64,000 nt of DNA from Chrysomallon squamiferum (lineage: Eukaryota; Animalia; Mollusca): positions 16,244,001 to 16,308,000 of the forward strand of contig CM022667.1 of the NCBI GenBank assembly GCA_012295275.1. Reading direction: 5' to 3'. Below are positions 1 through 26,300 of this stretch, piece after piece (position 1 is the first letter of the stretch; each line of letters starts with the position of its first letter). Both the position numbers and the translations under genes were made by a program. Below the pieces are notes generated by a model. That model was not told the DNA's origin and did not search any database. It saw only the letters and a list, made by a program, of their open reading frames with translations.

Positions 1-815
1 CCAACATATTAATACGTTTTACTTAAATCGATTATAAAAATACATTTAATTCTAATGCTAATATTTAATCAAATGTTCCAAAAGCTTTTTCGAATCACTT
101 TAACATTAACAGTTATCTATCGACCATTTTATTATTGGTGAAAACAGCATGTGAAATTTTTACTAAAACAAACACCATCACCTTTTACATATACATTTAT
201 ATAGATATCGCTATTGTTAAGTTGAATAAAACCAAGAGCGGCAACGAAATGAATTCTTCCAGAACATCAGTGGGTGTTCGCTTAAACAGTAGCAGTGGAA
301 ACTATTGACTGTGCTTTGTACAGCTGGTGTTTGATTTTGTTCCATTGAGACTCAAAGAGTGAGTATCGTATTTATTTATTTTTACTTTATTTTTAGTTTC
401 GTGCAGATATGTTGTATAATTAAACATGTTTAGAAAGGTACTGGCATTGGTACCAGACCGAGACTGGGAGTTTCTGAATTTTTTGTGGACAAACGTTTGA
501 TGTATTTTTAATATATAAAATAAGGAATGAAAAAAAAAAAAATAAATAAAAGAAAATAAAAAGAAAATAAATAGCAATATAAATAAATAAATAAATAAAA
601 ATAAAGAACGAAACTGTATTAAAGTTTTGACAGATGCTAATTAATACTTCTAAAAGATGTTTTCGGTTAATCACGGGTTTTCTGGAAGTCAGAAAATTGG
701 TCTGATATCTGTAGTAATAATAATAATATCAAAAGGAAAAGCAGCAGCAACAACAATAACAACAAAATAAAATAAAATAAATACTAAAACGAATACTACT
801 ACAACTACAACTACA

Positions 816-846
<31 letters not shown>

Positions 847-910
847 TTAATAATAATAATAATTATAAATATAATAATAGCAATAATGAGAAGATAAATA
901 ACAATTTTGT

Positions 911-913
<3 letters not shown>

Positions 914-985
<72 letters not shown>
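914..985. repeat. (TC)n microsatellite
   Basis: Direct reading. Confidence 0.95.
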
Positions 986-991
<6 letters not shown>

Positions 992-1964
992 TCACTGAAT
1001 AGTTGTGATCATCATTATCATCATCATAATCTTTTTGTACGTTCTGGCACTCGGTGATAATGATTGTGTAATAACAGTTGAATGGTTATGCTAAATTATT
1101 AAAATGTAGCACGATCTACTAATCTGAAAGAGAACAAATTTCTTTATTTCCGTTTGTACAGCATAAATGAATTTTAAATTAACATAAAAATAATAATAAT
1201 AGTATATAGCAATAATACAAATTAAATTGACAATAACAATAAGATAATGTGTCTTGTGATTTGTAATTAATTAATTAATTTTTCATCATTATCAATATTA
1301 TTATTATTATTATCTGTTATATGCCTGTCTGTATTTATCCATCAGTCTGTCTGTCTATTTGCCTGTCTCTCTGTTTGTATATTTATCTGTGCATATGTTA
1401 ATTTATGTAAATATACAAAAGACGATATGAAAATAACAAAGCCGAAATAAAAAAGATTTAATAAATATTAAAAAAACCTAATTAAATAAAAATATTAAAA
1501 AGCGCTTAAAAATAAATTAAGGAAAAAAGAATAAAGAATATGAAATACTAAAAGAATTAGAGATTAAAAAATAATGATAAGTAAATAAATAAAAACCTCT
1601 CTAATAATACCATATCATTGATTTAAGGTAGTAATAACTGTCCTGATAATTTCTGTTGAATATTATTTTGTTCCTTTTATATAAAATATTCGATCTTTTA
1701 CTCTATCCTTTCAAAAGGTGTCTAAAGAAATGGTCATTTTCAGCAAATGCTCGGTGAAGCGTGAAAAATATATTTTGCTTTCAGTATATTTAGACAAATA
1801 GTTTGGGTGAAGTACAAGAGATGGTAAAACAGCTTTTTTCTAAGATATCTATTATTGTTGTATGAGAACGGATTCAGATTGTTTCCGGGTTCTACAGACG
1901 GTCAGTGTTCGGTGCAGTATGCCATTATTGAAAATAATATCAGGTCCGGTATAAAAAAAAATAA

Positions 1965-2830
1965 TAAAATACAATAAAGTAGAACAATGTAGTATAATCA
2001 AGTTACTAAAACTAACGCAGTACGAAAGAATACAAATAATACCTACAATACAATACGACAGAATAATACTAATACTTCCTATACAATACGAAAGAATACA
2101 ATTAATACTACTAATACAATAGACAGAATACAATTATACTACCAGAACAATACCACAGAAAACAACTAATATTAGTAGTACAATATAACAGAATACAACT
2201 AATATTACCAGTACAATATAACAGAATACAACAATACAATATGAGATAATACTACTAATACTACCAATACAATACGACAGAATACAACTAATACTACCAA
2301 TACAATATGACAGAATACTACTAATACCACTAGTACAATAACACAAAACAGTATGACAATAAAATACCACACAATTAAATACAATAAATAAATAAATAAA
2401 ATAAAATAAAATTAAATTAAATCAATAAATGAATGAATAAATAAAACAAATAAATTAATAAATGAACGTAACACAAACCTGAAGTAATAGAAACAAATAC
2501 AATGCGACGGACTATAACACTATACTCTAAGGTACAATATAATTTGAATACAATACAACTCAATACAATTATAACACACTATAACTTAATACAATAAAAT
2601 ACAATGCGATATGAATACAATATAAATCAACAAAAAGCGGCACAATATAAATTAATACAATAAGGTACAATACGATCCGAATACAATACAAATCAAAACA
2701 GTGCGATGATACAACAATATTATAAACTTAATACAAATAAGATACAATACGATCCGAATATGGTACAAATCAGTTTATCTTAAGAAAGTAAGGTACAATA
2801 CAGTGCGGCACAATATACTTCTACAATCTA
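1965..2830. repeat. AATAC-derived minisatellite (~33-bp higher-order unit in the first half)
   Basis: Repeated acaatacaatacgacagaatacaactaatactacc-like units. Confidence 0.8.
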
Positions 2831-2892
2831 AATTAACATTTCTCACTGTTCTTAAATCTTACTCAAGATATAGATAATAGGTCATCGCTTCT

Positions 2893-3013
2893 ATTTCAAG
2901 GGCGGATTCACTGATTTTCAGGGAATATCGAAATCCAGCTGACAGTAGCTGCATACCATCTTCCTACACAACTAAACAAGAAAAATCGGGACACTGTCCT
3001 GTTTTTAAGTGTA
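2893..3013 (+). pseudogene. Decayed kringle exon (3' half)
   Basis: Translates EYRNPADSSCIPSSYTTKQEKSGHCPVFKC then A|gtaag: kringle CRNP...PWCYT...C...C with C->Y, W->S and C->S changes, and the same phase-1 donor position as exon 9. Confidence 0.6.
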
Positions 3014-3547
3014 GTAAGTGTATCATTCACTCTCTTTCTCTCACTCTCTCTTATTAGTTATCGTTCACTTTCTCTCATTCTGTATATATATGTCACAGGA
3101 AATCCAGAAAATTTCAGATTATCTATGTAATGTCTGATTCACTCAGGAAACTGACAATATTATCGCTGCAAGTAAATCATCCTCTCACTGCTAAAAGGAG
3201 ACCAGATAATGAGAGGCCAGCATGAGCACCCGAACCCGACAGTGCCATAAATAGAAAATATTCATTCCCACTGTGAAGAATGGAGTTCTTCAGAAACTGA
3301 ACAAATTTGAGTCCAGCAGTCTATTCTGTTGTATTCTTATCTTCTAACCAACAAACAAGCCTGTCCTCAGTGTCACAGCTTGCCCTTTCTATGAAGCCTT
3401 GGCTCGCTGTGAATAATAACCAGTTCTGGCCACATTACTTTCAGTTCAGTGATTACACATATTTTCAGAATTGTTCAGGAATTATGCATGTTTCCTGATA
3501 CTACATATTTCCTGTAACATATGTATAAAGGTCGATTGATGGATGAA

Positions 3548-3548
<1 letters not shown>

Positions 3549-3594
<46 letters not shown>

Positions 3595-3882
3595 TTTTAT
3601 TGTTTTAGTAAATTATTAAATCTATCATTCTGTCTGTTTGTCTGCCTAGCAACATCATAACAAAGGGCATCAAATGTTTTGATATTTGCAGTGTTTGTTT
3701 ACATATGTGTTTGTATGTATGTATGTATGTATGTACGTATGCATGTATGTATGTATGTGTGTATGTATGTATGTATTTATATATATATATATATATGTAT
3801 GTATGCATGTATGTATGTATGTACGCATGTATGTATGTATGTATGTGTGTGTATATGTATGTATGTATGTATGTATGTATTT
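3549..3882. repeat. (TG)n and (TATG)n microsatellites
   Basis: Direct reading. Confidence 0.9.
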
Positions 3883-4120
3883 ATTTATGAATTAAAGAAC
3901 GCACTGGCACAGAAAATTATTTTATTACTTAAAAGAAATTAATCATTTTCTAATTTTATCTCTAGGGATTCGATTTAACTTAAAACTGACCATTGTTATG
4001 TTTATTACAGTGTGCTTTGGTCCTATGTCCATATGTTTATTAATTTATTTTTATTCGTTCGTAAATATTTTGGATAGGCGTGTTATTCCAATAGGCGTTT
4101 TGGATAGGCGTGTAAGTGTG

Positions 4121-4156
<36 letters not shown>

Positions 4157-5039
4157 TGTATGTATGTATGTATGTATGTATGCATGCATGTATGTATGTC
4201 TCTCATAAAAATTCATAACCATCCCACATGTTTTGATACGGTGTACTTGGAAACCTTACAAAAGATGATGTCGTTAAAAATCATGAAATACAAAAAATAA
4301 TAATAATACACCCTGTGATCCTCTGATATGCTGTGATTTCAGTAGTAAAAAGCATTTAATTAATAACTGTGAATCATTACGCACTAATTAACCACTATTA
4401 CTGGCATGATTATTTTAGATATATAATTTATTTAGTTTAACACTCGTTCGATTTCCTAGAACGCTCGAGGTTGTTTTCTCACTGAAATTAGAATTTATGA
4501 TGTCGGAATTAATTCGGCCTCTGATGAAAAGGAAGAAAAAAAAAAGAGAATATATTTCAATAATTAAATCTTTTCGCATCAGTTAATATAGTTAAATAAG
4601 TTTATAACTGAAAACGTTTCAAGCTGTTATTATCTGAAAACGTTTACAAAAGAAACTGAATTAAATATTATTTTAATTTTCATGATAATAATAATTGTTT
4701 CGACCACATACATAAATGCAATATCGTCATCAGCATCATCATCCTCATCACCATTATTACTGTTATTATTATTATTATTGTTATTATTATTTCGTTTATC
4801 ACTATCATCATCACCATCATAATGATCATTATCGTTATAGCATCAAATAAAGATTTTAATTTAATAAATGAATACGCTTCGATAGCTATTATTAGAAATA
4901 TAATTTATTCTTCTTCGTTTTCTTTTCATGCCAACTATTATTTTGCAAAAGATTATTATTATTATTATTATTGGCACAAATATATTTTTACTACATACTG
5001 TTATCAGTAGCACAAAAAATAAATACAACAACAACAACA

Positions 5040-5080
<41 letters not shown>

Positions 5081-5633
5081 TAATAATAATAATAATAATT
5101 AATAGTGATGATAATTAATAGTGATGATAATGATAATGATAATGATAAAGAAACAAATAAACAAACTAACTAATTAAGAATATTGATCTATTTAATGAAA
5201 CGTTTTCCTATACTCATAACCGCTTTAGTAAGTTTCAAAGGTTTTTTTGTTTCAAGTTTCAGTCATTTTCTTTTCAACCATAGGTAACGCCATAAATGTG
5301 TTACAGTCAGTATTGTTATTTATAATTCTGTCAAGGCTACCTAACTTCACAAAAACAAATAACCGAAGATGTCCTTAAATTATTAATAATAGACTACAAA
5401 GGAAATTCTACTGAGGGAGAAAAAACGACCTTTCAAATAAGTTTCTATATCCAATATTTAATTAATTATTTGACAGCCGTCTCCTAAAAAATTCTACAGG
5501 GATTGTTTTGTTTTGTTTTGATATAAAGCTATATTTGAAAACACACTAAAACATCCCACCAGGTTAGATACACGACATAAATCATTTCATTGGCGGTTAT
5601 CAATCGACACATTAAAATGCATATATATACACA

Positions 5634-5671
<38 letters not shown>

Positions 5672-6523
5672 TACACACACATAAATACCTGAAGGCCTAT
5701 ACCTACCTACCTTCTGGTCTACCTACTTACACATATTCCTATAGATACATACATACGCACATACGTTCACACACACACACACATACAGTAAACCAAGCAA
5801 ACATTTATTATCCACTGAATCGGTTCTTCTGTCAACAAAATTCACAGTATGAACTCTTCTGTTTGTGGCCAGGTGTATATGAAAGATTATTTTATGCTTG
5901 TTAGATTTACGAGTATAGTCACAATGAATGATGGTGTTTTTTCGTTTCTACTGTTTGCGTTTTGTTTTATTTCATTATTATTAATTTTTGTTTCCTTTTT
6001 ATCATTAACCTTCTCTTTGTATTAGCTAGTTCCACCAGAACTGGATAATTAAAACAGTCTGGTAAATAAATAAATAATTATTCACATCCTTACTTTTCAA
6101 AGATATACAAAGACAGAAGAATATCCATTTTTATTGACTGTATATACAATGAAGTTATATAGTTGGTGGAAACGTTAGTTTATATAAATCAAACAATATC
6201 AGTCTCCAAACTGTTAGATACACGACGAAAATACAAAACAGACAGAAAGAAAGAAAAGAAAACATTAAAAAAGCCCCAAAAGAAAACACACAAACATGAA
6301 AAGCCCATAATCATTGATTAAAAGCGTTCCGCCAAATTTTCACAACGTCGGCGTGTATCTATGTATGTATCAACAATGCAGATCAATATATATAATCTTC
6401 TGGGGTTTATCGTCAAGCAAATATATTTTGAGTAGATAAGAAAAACAACATTAATTTTGTTTTTGTAATTGTTCATTCTCGTAGAGTGTGGAAAGAGAGC
6501 ATCACGTTCAGACAGCTGAAGTA

Positions 6524-18382
<11,859 letters not shown>

Positions 18383-19999
18383 ATACACATACACACATAT
18401 ACATGTGTCCACAAATACGTACGTATACTCAAACACATACAATAATACACGCACATACAAGCAAATCTACATACATACGCACATAGTTACATACTGACAT
18501 ACACTGATACATATAAGTGTATCTTTGTATTTATATATTTAAAATGTATCTTTTGCATATTACCATTTATGTTGAAATCTTTCAAAGTACTGAAGTGATT
18601 ACTTATTTTTGTGGTGAATTTTTACACGGTTTGTTTAATATGTATATCTATGTATGTGTGTGTATGTGTGCGCGTGTGTCTGTGTTTGTGTATGTCTGTG
18701 TGCGTGTGTGTGTGTGTGTGTGAGAGATATACATTTTCTGACGATTCTGATTAAGGAAAAAAACGTACTGTCAAAAATCTATAAATTTCATCTCTTTTTC
18801 TTTTTCTTAGAAAAATATTATGTTTTGGCATTGCCTTCGGATATTAACATTTGCTATTATTTAATTAATTATTGTTAATTTAATCTCTCTGAAGTTGAAC
18901 ATGATCACATTAAAGCCGTAAGAACATTAATAAAAGAATATCAGTAATAATAAAAATAAGAAGAAAAACTAATAAGAACAAATCTTGGTGATGATGATGA
19001 TAAATAAATAAATAAATATGTATTAACAAAATCAAAAACAAGACCAACCGAAACAACAATAGCAATACTACTAATAATAAAAATAACATTGGTAATAGCA
19101 AAAAGCAAAATATCTAATATAAAACTATTTATAGTTCAAGTTATAGTGAAAAACTTAAGGAACCAAGAAGAAAAAATGAGTAATGATGTGATACACTCAA
19201 AGGAATGAAAAAAGCTAATAAACATACATATATTTGCAAACTAATACTAAGACCAGTACAAATAATAATAATAATACATTATGCTGATGACAACAACACG
19301 AGGACATTAAACCCGGGACCTACGGATAATCGTTAATGGTTTATTATTAACTAAGTACCTAGTACAATAAGTAAATAACAACCTATTTTAAATGTATCAA
19401 TAAGAGAAAATATTTTTTGTTAATCGTAAAGTGAACAGAAAGTGTTTCTTTGAAAAAAACAAATAATACAAAGCTGTTACTAGTGTTTGTTTATTTGTAC
19501 ACAGTATGTTTCTACTTACAAACTGAGAACGGTAGAAAATTAAAGTATTCCTTCCGCAGCTTGTGAGCAATTTGCAAAACAAACGTGTGATTATAACGTC
19601 ACAATAGCGTGACGTCATTTACGGGGGGAAAGCAAAATTGGAAATGTGGGTAACAACTGTATTGTTAATATTAGTTGTTTGTTTATTAATATTTTTTCTC
19701 ACTTCTTTATTTTTATTTTATTGTTGTGGTAATATAAAATAATAAATGTTGTTGTTGTCATTATGAATTTTCACGTTTGTTAGTCATTATTTTATTTATT
19801 GGCGTTTTGTTGGAGATATTTCACAATTTTTGTTTAAATAATACAAATTTACACACAATCATTTTTTTCTCACTTTACACGAGGGAGATAAATGTGCATG
19901 GTATATGCTGTTCTATGTTGAATGTTATACAAATGCACTGTCACTGATAACTGAAAGAACAACGGCAGCAGCTTTTCTTATCATAAATAAATAATTAAA

Positions 20000-20210
20000 C
20001 AGAAGAAAGGAAAATGCACTCAACACATTTTATTTGGATATATGTTATGAAACATATATGGTCAACATTCACTCACGTAATGAGAACAGAACCGTTTTTG
20101 TGTGTTCTTTCCAATCAGCAGCAAGCAGTATTTAATGTGCACCATCCTACATGCAGGACAATACATACCATTGCATTTTGAAAGATTTTGCCCATTGTGG
20201 AGCCACTGCA
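20000..20210 (-). mobile_element. Degenerate SINE fragment resembling molluscan Meta/MESC-core SINEs
   Basis: Ordered motifs gcactcaacacattttattt...cagcagcaag...tgcaccatcc..caggac..cataccat...gtggagc match a gastropod SINE consensus recalled from memory; not verified by search. Confidence 0.55.
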
Positions 20211-21108
20211 AACTAAACAGATTCCATTAAGCTATGTTAATTAAATAAATACAACTATACACAAAATAAATAATAATAAAAATAATAAAATAAAAATTAA
20301 AAAGTTACATAGATAAAAGCTAAATAGACAAATTATAAAATATATATAAAAATAATCATCCCTTTTCTTTTCTGTTGATACAAAACTCTAGTTTTTGTTC
20401 TTGCTCATTTATAAACACAGAATCGATAAATATACACTTTGTTTGGTAAAGAAATAATACATTTTTTTTTCATCAATATTTCATCACATCCTATGGTTCA
20501 TTCAGTGTTTAACCTTCCCAAAAGGTGAATATTTTGCATGTATTCCGTGTGGATTCACGACCGAGTTCAAAAGAAGAAATATTTACTAAAGTGTTTAGTT
20601 TGCCGACTGTTGTGATGGTTAGTTTTTATATATATTTTATAAAATAATTATAATACTCATAAGAAAAGAAAGAATCAATTATAAAGAATATATATAACTC
20701 AAAGAATAAGAATATAAATGAAAATGAATGACCATATATAAGAAAAAACAACAATAGCAATAACAACAACAACAACAACAACAACAACAATAATAATAAA
20801 AAACAACAAGAGAAAACATTTCAATTTTTTATCTTGATATAGAAATGAATTAGAAATGAACAAAACTGAAACATTTATGTACATATATTAACATGTATTT
20901 TCTTGAATAGTAAACATATTTACACATGTATTGTACATAATGACACAATATATTTGTATTATTCATACTACAGGTGTAATGGAGATAGTGGGAACAGTTA
21001 GTCTAAAAATAAATAAAGTATTTTCTTCCTGAACAAATGTTAAAATTCTTGATAAACATAGAATAATCTTGCAAAATCTACTAATCATTCAGTTTATGCA
21101 TTGCCTTT

Positions 21109-21148
<40 letters not shown>

Positions 21149-23234
21149 GTATATGAGAATAAATAATAATAATAATAATAATAATCATAATGAAAATAAA
21201 ACTAATAATAATAATACTAAAGTATTTTATTTCAGTGTTAAATTAGGATTTATATAAGTCACATACCTCACCAAAATTTCAGTATAAATTAAAAAATTTA
21301 AATAATTAAAGTCTAAATATTGTTAACATGAAAGAAAAAAAAAGAAAAGGAAAAAATAACTGATGGTGAGAACACTATGACTCTAAATGATTGAAATGCC
21401 ATTATAAAAATCTATACTCAGTAACTAGAATAAGTAAAACAAACTGGATAGATTAAGGAAAATTATCTATTATTATAATTTTATAGATAATTACATCTGT
21501 ATTCTACGTTAGAGCAAAAAATAATAAATCACCTATAAATAGGTTGTAGTTAATTATGAATTTTTAAACAAATACTGAGTATTCGTCTTGAAGTAAAATA
21601 GAAGAAATAGAAGTATTTTGTTGTGATGTAGCTGTCATTAGATTCAAACACATAAAAATGGCAATATTATTATTATAATTTATCGTTAGAAAAAGATTTG
21701 TTACCATTTAAAAAGTAATACAATTATCCACATAGAAATATTTTTTTTTAGCCGATTATTCACATTACAAACAAAAGCAGAAAGTACGATTCAAAAATAA
21801 TGCTCTTTTAATATTTTGAGGTGGAAATTACTGTAAAATGTATATTAATTTTGTTTTCAGAAAAATTCTTGATTTTTATAGTTGAATATTTTGATTTAAT
21901 AGATTTATGTATTCTTAACAATTGTAACTGAACTGCAAAGTTGAAAAAAAAAGAAAAAAAAAAGAAATCATTATTATAAAAACAACTAAATAAGTTTTTA
22001 GTTACATGATAATAATAATAACTATTTTAAAAGCATATTTCTAAAATGTCACTTTTGGATGGTGGTGCCTGGGGTACAACATGTAGACATAGTAAATTAT
22101 TCACATTTATAATTAATTAACAAAATGTACGGTATTTAATTCTATAAACAAATGAATGAATAATTAATGGAACTGAATACATTTACATCTTATATATAAA
22201 AACAATGAATTCAATATCAATTTCTCTAAGGTGTTTAGTTTTGTACAGTTTTGTATGAAATGATAGCTATGGTTAAATTCATAATGAAGTGAAGTGAAAT
22301 AAAGGAAAATGACAAATTTAAAAAAAGTTTTGAAATCTAACAGCAATAATAGTAGCAATAATAATAATAATGATAATAATAATGAAAACAATTATCTGCT
22401 TTGTAAGATAAATATTAAAAGTTTTACGTAAAATATTTATTCACATCATGAAAAAAAAGAAGAAGATATAAAGTGATGCATATAATTATCTAAAACATAC
22501 AGACTAGATTATGAAGTATATAATAAAAAAATTATAACATGGTTTAGATGGAGTGACTTTTTCAATGGACCAGCTTCAAAAACATACATTATTCTTTGAA
22601 ATGATTTGTGCAAACTATGACATAAAAAAATAACAACTACCTCTGCCCAATGGACATTTGCTAACAACTTACTGTGGACTATATTTAACATTTAAAACAT
22701 TAATTTTCCATAACATATTTTTGGTATAATTTAAGAACTATTTAAAGGTAAAATTCTGATGACTGCTGAATAACCATTTTTCTTTTTCGCAAAATACATT
22801 TTACTGCATTTATTTTTCTTCATTGTGACATTTATTTAGGATAGCTTTACTTTCTTGGATATATATTAACTGGCAGTGCTTAGTAACAGGCAATTTATGA
22901 TGTATAAATGAACAAACTTGGTTTGGTTGTAAATGGATGGAGTGGGTGAGGCTGACCCCTTTAACATGCTCTTGTATGTTAGTTTATAAATATGGATCCT
23001 CCCTGAAACCTCCACCCATAATTTCAGCACCCTTGAGGTCAATGACAAAAATCCAGCATCATCTCCATTGTCATCACCATTCACACTCTCATGCATGCAA
23101 TTTGACACAGTAAAGGCAACAACCATGACCACTCTGCAGGCACAAACAACCCGATAAAAAAAAAAGAAATAATAATTAAAACAGGTTACTGAACTGAAAC
23201 ACATGTTCTAACTGTCCTAGTGATATTGGAATCA

Positions 23235-23388
23235 TTAAGTACACCGGCTAATTTCTTCATTAATTTCCAGGTTACGCCAGTCCAGTTTGACGTCATCAAG
23301 GTGGTTGTCGAAATCGAGTAGTTTGCGATATGCCGCTGTGTTGAGCAATGATCTGGCTGTAGTCAGTGTCTCCTCATCAACAGTTTGC
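23235..23388 (-). CDS. EMC8: EMC8/9 exon 5 (last coding)
   Basis: QTVDEETL...[31 protein letters not shown]. Confidence 0.93.
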
Positions 23389-26300
23389 CTGAAACACAAA
23401 TACATAAATTTTAAATTACAATAATATTAAAAATATTATGTTGATGCAATTCTCCATATTCGTTTGATACATGACATTTGAAGAACACAGTTTTGACAGC
23501 TACTTCTCACCTCATAGAAACTGCACTAATACTGAACAAATGCTATTCCTCATAATATAGGTACTGGCAGGCAAAATTTTTCTGACTTTAATTTCACATA
23601 ATAATTAGCACATAATGAAAGCTGTAGCAAAAAAATGAAAACACACCAAAAATTATTACTTTCTCTCCAGTGGTTCAAAAGATATATATGCAAATCAGCA
23701 CAACATGTATTTGGTTGGTTTTCAGCCCTATTTTGCCTAATTAGCAGAAAGGGCTACTTTGGCCAACTGTAGTTTGAAAAGTAATTGACACAAAAGGCTG
23801 AAAGTCAACAAGTGTGATGGGACAAACTTGCGAAAGGAGCTCAATTTTTTTCAGACCTGTATGTTTGTAACAAGCTAAATGTGCCAAAAATCTTCAAAAT
23901 GACACACAGCAGAATGAAAGCGCAAACAGACACTGTGGTTTCAGTTTTTGTCTTACTTGACAAATTCAACCTGTGTTGTGAACAATTTATCAAGATCTTT
24001 CAAATGACATACTTGAATCTAACATTTTTAATTAAAAAATATATATATATTTCTGCCAAGCCCATAAAAAATGTTTACCGTTTCAATTTATATAGAACAG
24101 CACAAGTTTATTTAAATAAGCAGCTTGAATTTTCACTTAATTTTTAAATAATTAGTAGTAATAAGGTAAGATACCGTGATGTATGTGTGTATATATATAT
24201 ATATGTTACTTAAAAGGACTAAAAGCATTTGATGTTTAACCAAAATCCTCTGCAATACATAAACTCAGCTAATCCTTGGAGTCTACTCCAGAAAGGTGTT
24301 GCAGGTATTAATTAGGGACAATAAAATGTATGTAATCACGAGACTAGAGGCAATTAAAGACACGTGTCATTTGAAGCAAACATAAAATAATTTTCTTAGC
24401 TTTGTACTTGATGTGATTTGGCAGCAAAAAAAAGTTATGTATCATCTGATAATTGTTGAAATTTTCTCTGATAGAGCTTATCAACAAGCAAAAATAACAT
24501 TTTAAAACTGATCAATTTATGATTATATATTTTAAAAAAGTGACTAGATTTTTATTCAGCATTCCATCAATACCGCTGAATACACTGTTCTATTCTTAAT
24601 TTGCCGTTTATTGAAAGAATTGTGAAAGCAAAATAATTGATGGTTTTAAACGGAAGATAGTAATCAGCAAAACAATGTTAATTCGTTTATTTCGCTATTC
24701 ATATGCATAGGTTTAAAGTAGGAACATAAAAAAAAAAAAACATACAGCCAACAAGTTATTAAAAATATAAACAACATATAAATATAATCATTTCAAACAG
24801 CGCCAGACCTTTCTAGCTGTACATAAAATCTACGGTGATTTCGGTCTGTAGAAAACGTCAGTTGATGGCCATTTTGCTAAGCACATGCTACTTTCAAACG
24901 CGGAGATGTTTTTTGCCAAAGAAGAAACACTGTAGTGTTGCACATTGTTTGAAAGGTAATTGAATGATCTTTCATTTGATCCCATGAACACAGGTTTTAT
25001 TTTCAGCCAGTTTTGTTTCAAAATTGGTTTGAAGGCATGAAAAAGTATATTTCTGGACACAACTTTTGATATAAGTCATTGCCAGCGACAACATGTACAC
25101 GGTTAGAAAGATTGAACTTTGACCCTACTAGCTGTACTAAAAATAACATTGAAGCCAATTTGGCGAAAAGAAGCCAGACGTTTGTAGAGCGACCCTATTT
25201 TAGGATTTTTTACTCCACACTTTTAATTGCTGACCAAGGGTGCTGAAGTACGCTTACCCCCACCGCATTTAACACTCTCGTACAAAGAACTGATTTAACA
25301 TACAAGACAAACAACACCATTTAAAAGAGTACATAAAGATATTTAGTTACATATATCTGTTTTTTATGGTAGGATTTCTAGAAGGGATTAGGAGTGGAGG
25401 AAAATGGACGAAATCTGAACTTTTAACAGCTTCAACCAATTATATCGACTAGGCTGCCAAGTACCTACATGATGAAAATTATATTTACTTTTTTCAAATT
25501 TGTGTGATATTTAATCAATTTTCAATAATAAATAAGGATTTGTGTCACTTTAGTAGGTTGTTCCAAGCCTGCATTTAAAAAAATCAGAACATCTGTGCCA
25601 TTCTCAGTTTCCCAGATGTGAAAGAACCATTATAATTCAGTTTTACATCTGAAAACTGATGTGTTACAGGAACAGTCATGGTTTCAGTCTACATCAGCAT
25701 CAATAATAAATTACTTCCAATCTCAATATACCATTTCATTTTCAACAAAACACACTTACCTACTGTCCAACTCTTTCCAACTATTTTTCTGGAGTGTATA
25801 AACTTTATAAACCTCAGATACGGAATCTGTACTAACTTTTCTGTTATCAATCTGGGAAACAAAGAAATAATTATATTAAAGTAAACATGTTAAAATAAAA
25901 GAAGGAAGAAATACTTCATTTAACAATGCACTTAAAACATGCAAATGTCAATCAGCAGTTACATTTATATCAGATTTAAGACAAAGGTCCAAAGATTAAA
26001 TATGTTAAATTACATTTTTTTAAACTACGATAAATCTATGTGATTATGAACTATCTGGAATTTTGATCAATGACAAATCTGGAAGGATACAAAGGATCAG
26101 TTTGAGGTAATATTATTTTTGGTTCATATTCAGATTTTAGAAAGCAAAAATATTTCATTCACATTTTATAACTCATGAAAATAGACTAAGTCATTAAGAT
26201 TACAATTACATTATTTCACCGTATTTGAAAAAACAACAAATTAATGATTATAACAACAAGAATAATAACAAAAAATGAAAATGAAATATAATAGTAATAG

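Noticed and set aside
3605-4300. ORFs of the MYVCMYVC / HTYIHTYI type (also 45373-45834 and 50751-51030)
   Set aside because: Translations of (TATG)n/(CATA)n microsatellites, open in several frames on both strands.
19545-19630. CRE-like tgacgtca and CpG-richer patch as a separate promoter
   Set aside because: No associated exon or ORF found; short motifs are expected by chance.
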